The position numbers were made by a program, and so were the translations under genes. The notes below the pieces were generated by a model. The model had not been told where the DNA came from. It saw nothing but the letters and a program-made list of their open reading frames with translations, and did not search any database. From Candidatus Nomurabacteria bacterium GW2011_GWC2_42_20 (GTDB lineage: Bacteria; Patescibacteriota; Minisyncoccia; Phycocordibacterales; UBA1550), in NCBI GenBank assembly GCA_000998425.1, contig LCDG01000001.1:10558-74557 (forward strand): 64,000 bases of DNA, in the 5' to 3' direction. Numbering within the stretch: the stretch's first letter is position 1; each line of letters starts with the position of its first letter. Below are positions 63,196 through 64,000 of the stretch, in pieces.

Positions 63196-63777
63196 GTGAT
63201 CACCCTTGCGTTAACAATTAGATCCGCTTTTCTTGTCACCATCAAGAAAGGAAATACAAAGGAAAAGGAATCCATAAAAAAGAAGAAGGAACATGAATCA
63301 GAAGAAGGGCGAAGGCACGATCTTGAAAAAGAGTTAGACTTTGCTTCTGCACCCATTATGCTCTCGCTCCAAAGTCTAAGTTGCCCAAACACCACTTCTC
63401 AAACAGCTACCGTAAACATTTACGACAAGGAGCAAAATATGCAAGTCCACTTCAAGTACAAAGATACAGGAACTCTCGATTTTGTTATGAAGTCGGATGA
63501 TGTCATAAAAATAAAAAAAGGTCAGCCACTCGTGCTAACTATTAAAGTCAGCGGACCAAAGAGGGAAGTATTCTTTGATGCATCTTTGGTGGGGAGCTTC
63601 ACTTCCCTTGCCGTGTCTCAGGAAGAACAACACCACGATGGTGACGACAGAAAACAAAAGACATTCACATTATTCTATCCACTCTCAACGCAAACGACAC
63701 AAGAAAATATTGTGGTTAATTTGAGGGTGGGCGGGGGAACAAAGAGTGAAATATTAAGTGTGCGATTTGAAGACTGA
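63196..63777 (+). pseudogene. orphan diverged copy of the C-terminal ~178 aa of the lipase protein
   Basis: KGNTKE..HES.EGRRHDLEKELDFA.API...FYPLSTQ.TQENI shared; no signal peptide, weak GTG start. Confidence 0.75.
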
Positions 63778-63835
63778 AACCAGTAGTTGCCAATAGGGGA
63801 GTTGGGGGTGTTATTAATATTAATATATTTAAATT

Positions 63836-64000
63836 ATGGAAAAAATATTGAATTTGGTGACAAAAAAACCATTTTTATTGGAAGCTTGATTGGTATTGGA
63901 GTGGCGTTTGGAATTGAGTCGTTACATAGGCAAGCCTTGATTTCAAGGAATATATACAAAATTACTGCAGAACCGTTATTTCATGTTTCCATTGCGTTAA
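63836..64000 (+). pseudogene. second paralog of the 4-TM protein, frameshifted at an A7 run, truncated by window end
   Basis: MEKILNLVTKK vs MKKILNWFTRGK; adding one A at 63862-63868 restores TIFIGSLIGIG... open to the edge. Confidence 0.6.

Noticed and set aside
62200-63777. Duplicated C-terminus as a DGR template/variable repeat pair
   Set aside because: Differences are not adenine-specific and there is no reverse transcriptase in the window.

Overview
Chromosomal window from a small-genome bacterium, inferred to be Patescibacteria/CPR (Parcubacteria-like). The inference rests on the short RF2, the 4-domain S1, few Shine-Dalgarno sites on housekeeping genes and many CPR-type hypotheticals. 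The core scaffold is ligA, gatCA, six tRNAs, prfB-ftsEX-pyrG, rpsA and gyrA. Accessory blocks: (1) a tRNA cluster with an HNH nuclease between two tRNA-Thr genes; (2) a defence-like island after tRNA-Gln, with an orphan PemK toxin facing a convergent structured RNA, MazG, a GIY-YIG/DUF2075 helicase fused to a LexA/UmuD-like peptidase, and NERD; (3) a cyoABCDE oxidase operon with an in-frame deletion in cyoA; (4) a copper island; (5) an ECF sigma/anti-sigma pair whose promoter motif recurs 21.6 kb away; (6) at the right end, a 1603-aa secreted lipase-domain protein followed by a membrane protein, a diverged copy of its own C-terminus and a frameshifted paralog of the membrane protein, resembling a toxin/poly-immunity array. 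Also seen: a small repeat family at tRNA 3' ends and in-frame inside gatA, near-loopless long palindromes, a leaderless-promoter signature and two unannotated micro-ORF transcription units. All calls come from reading motifs by eye; no database searches were run.
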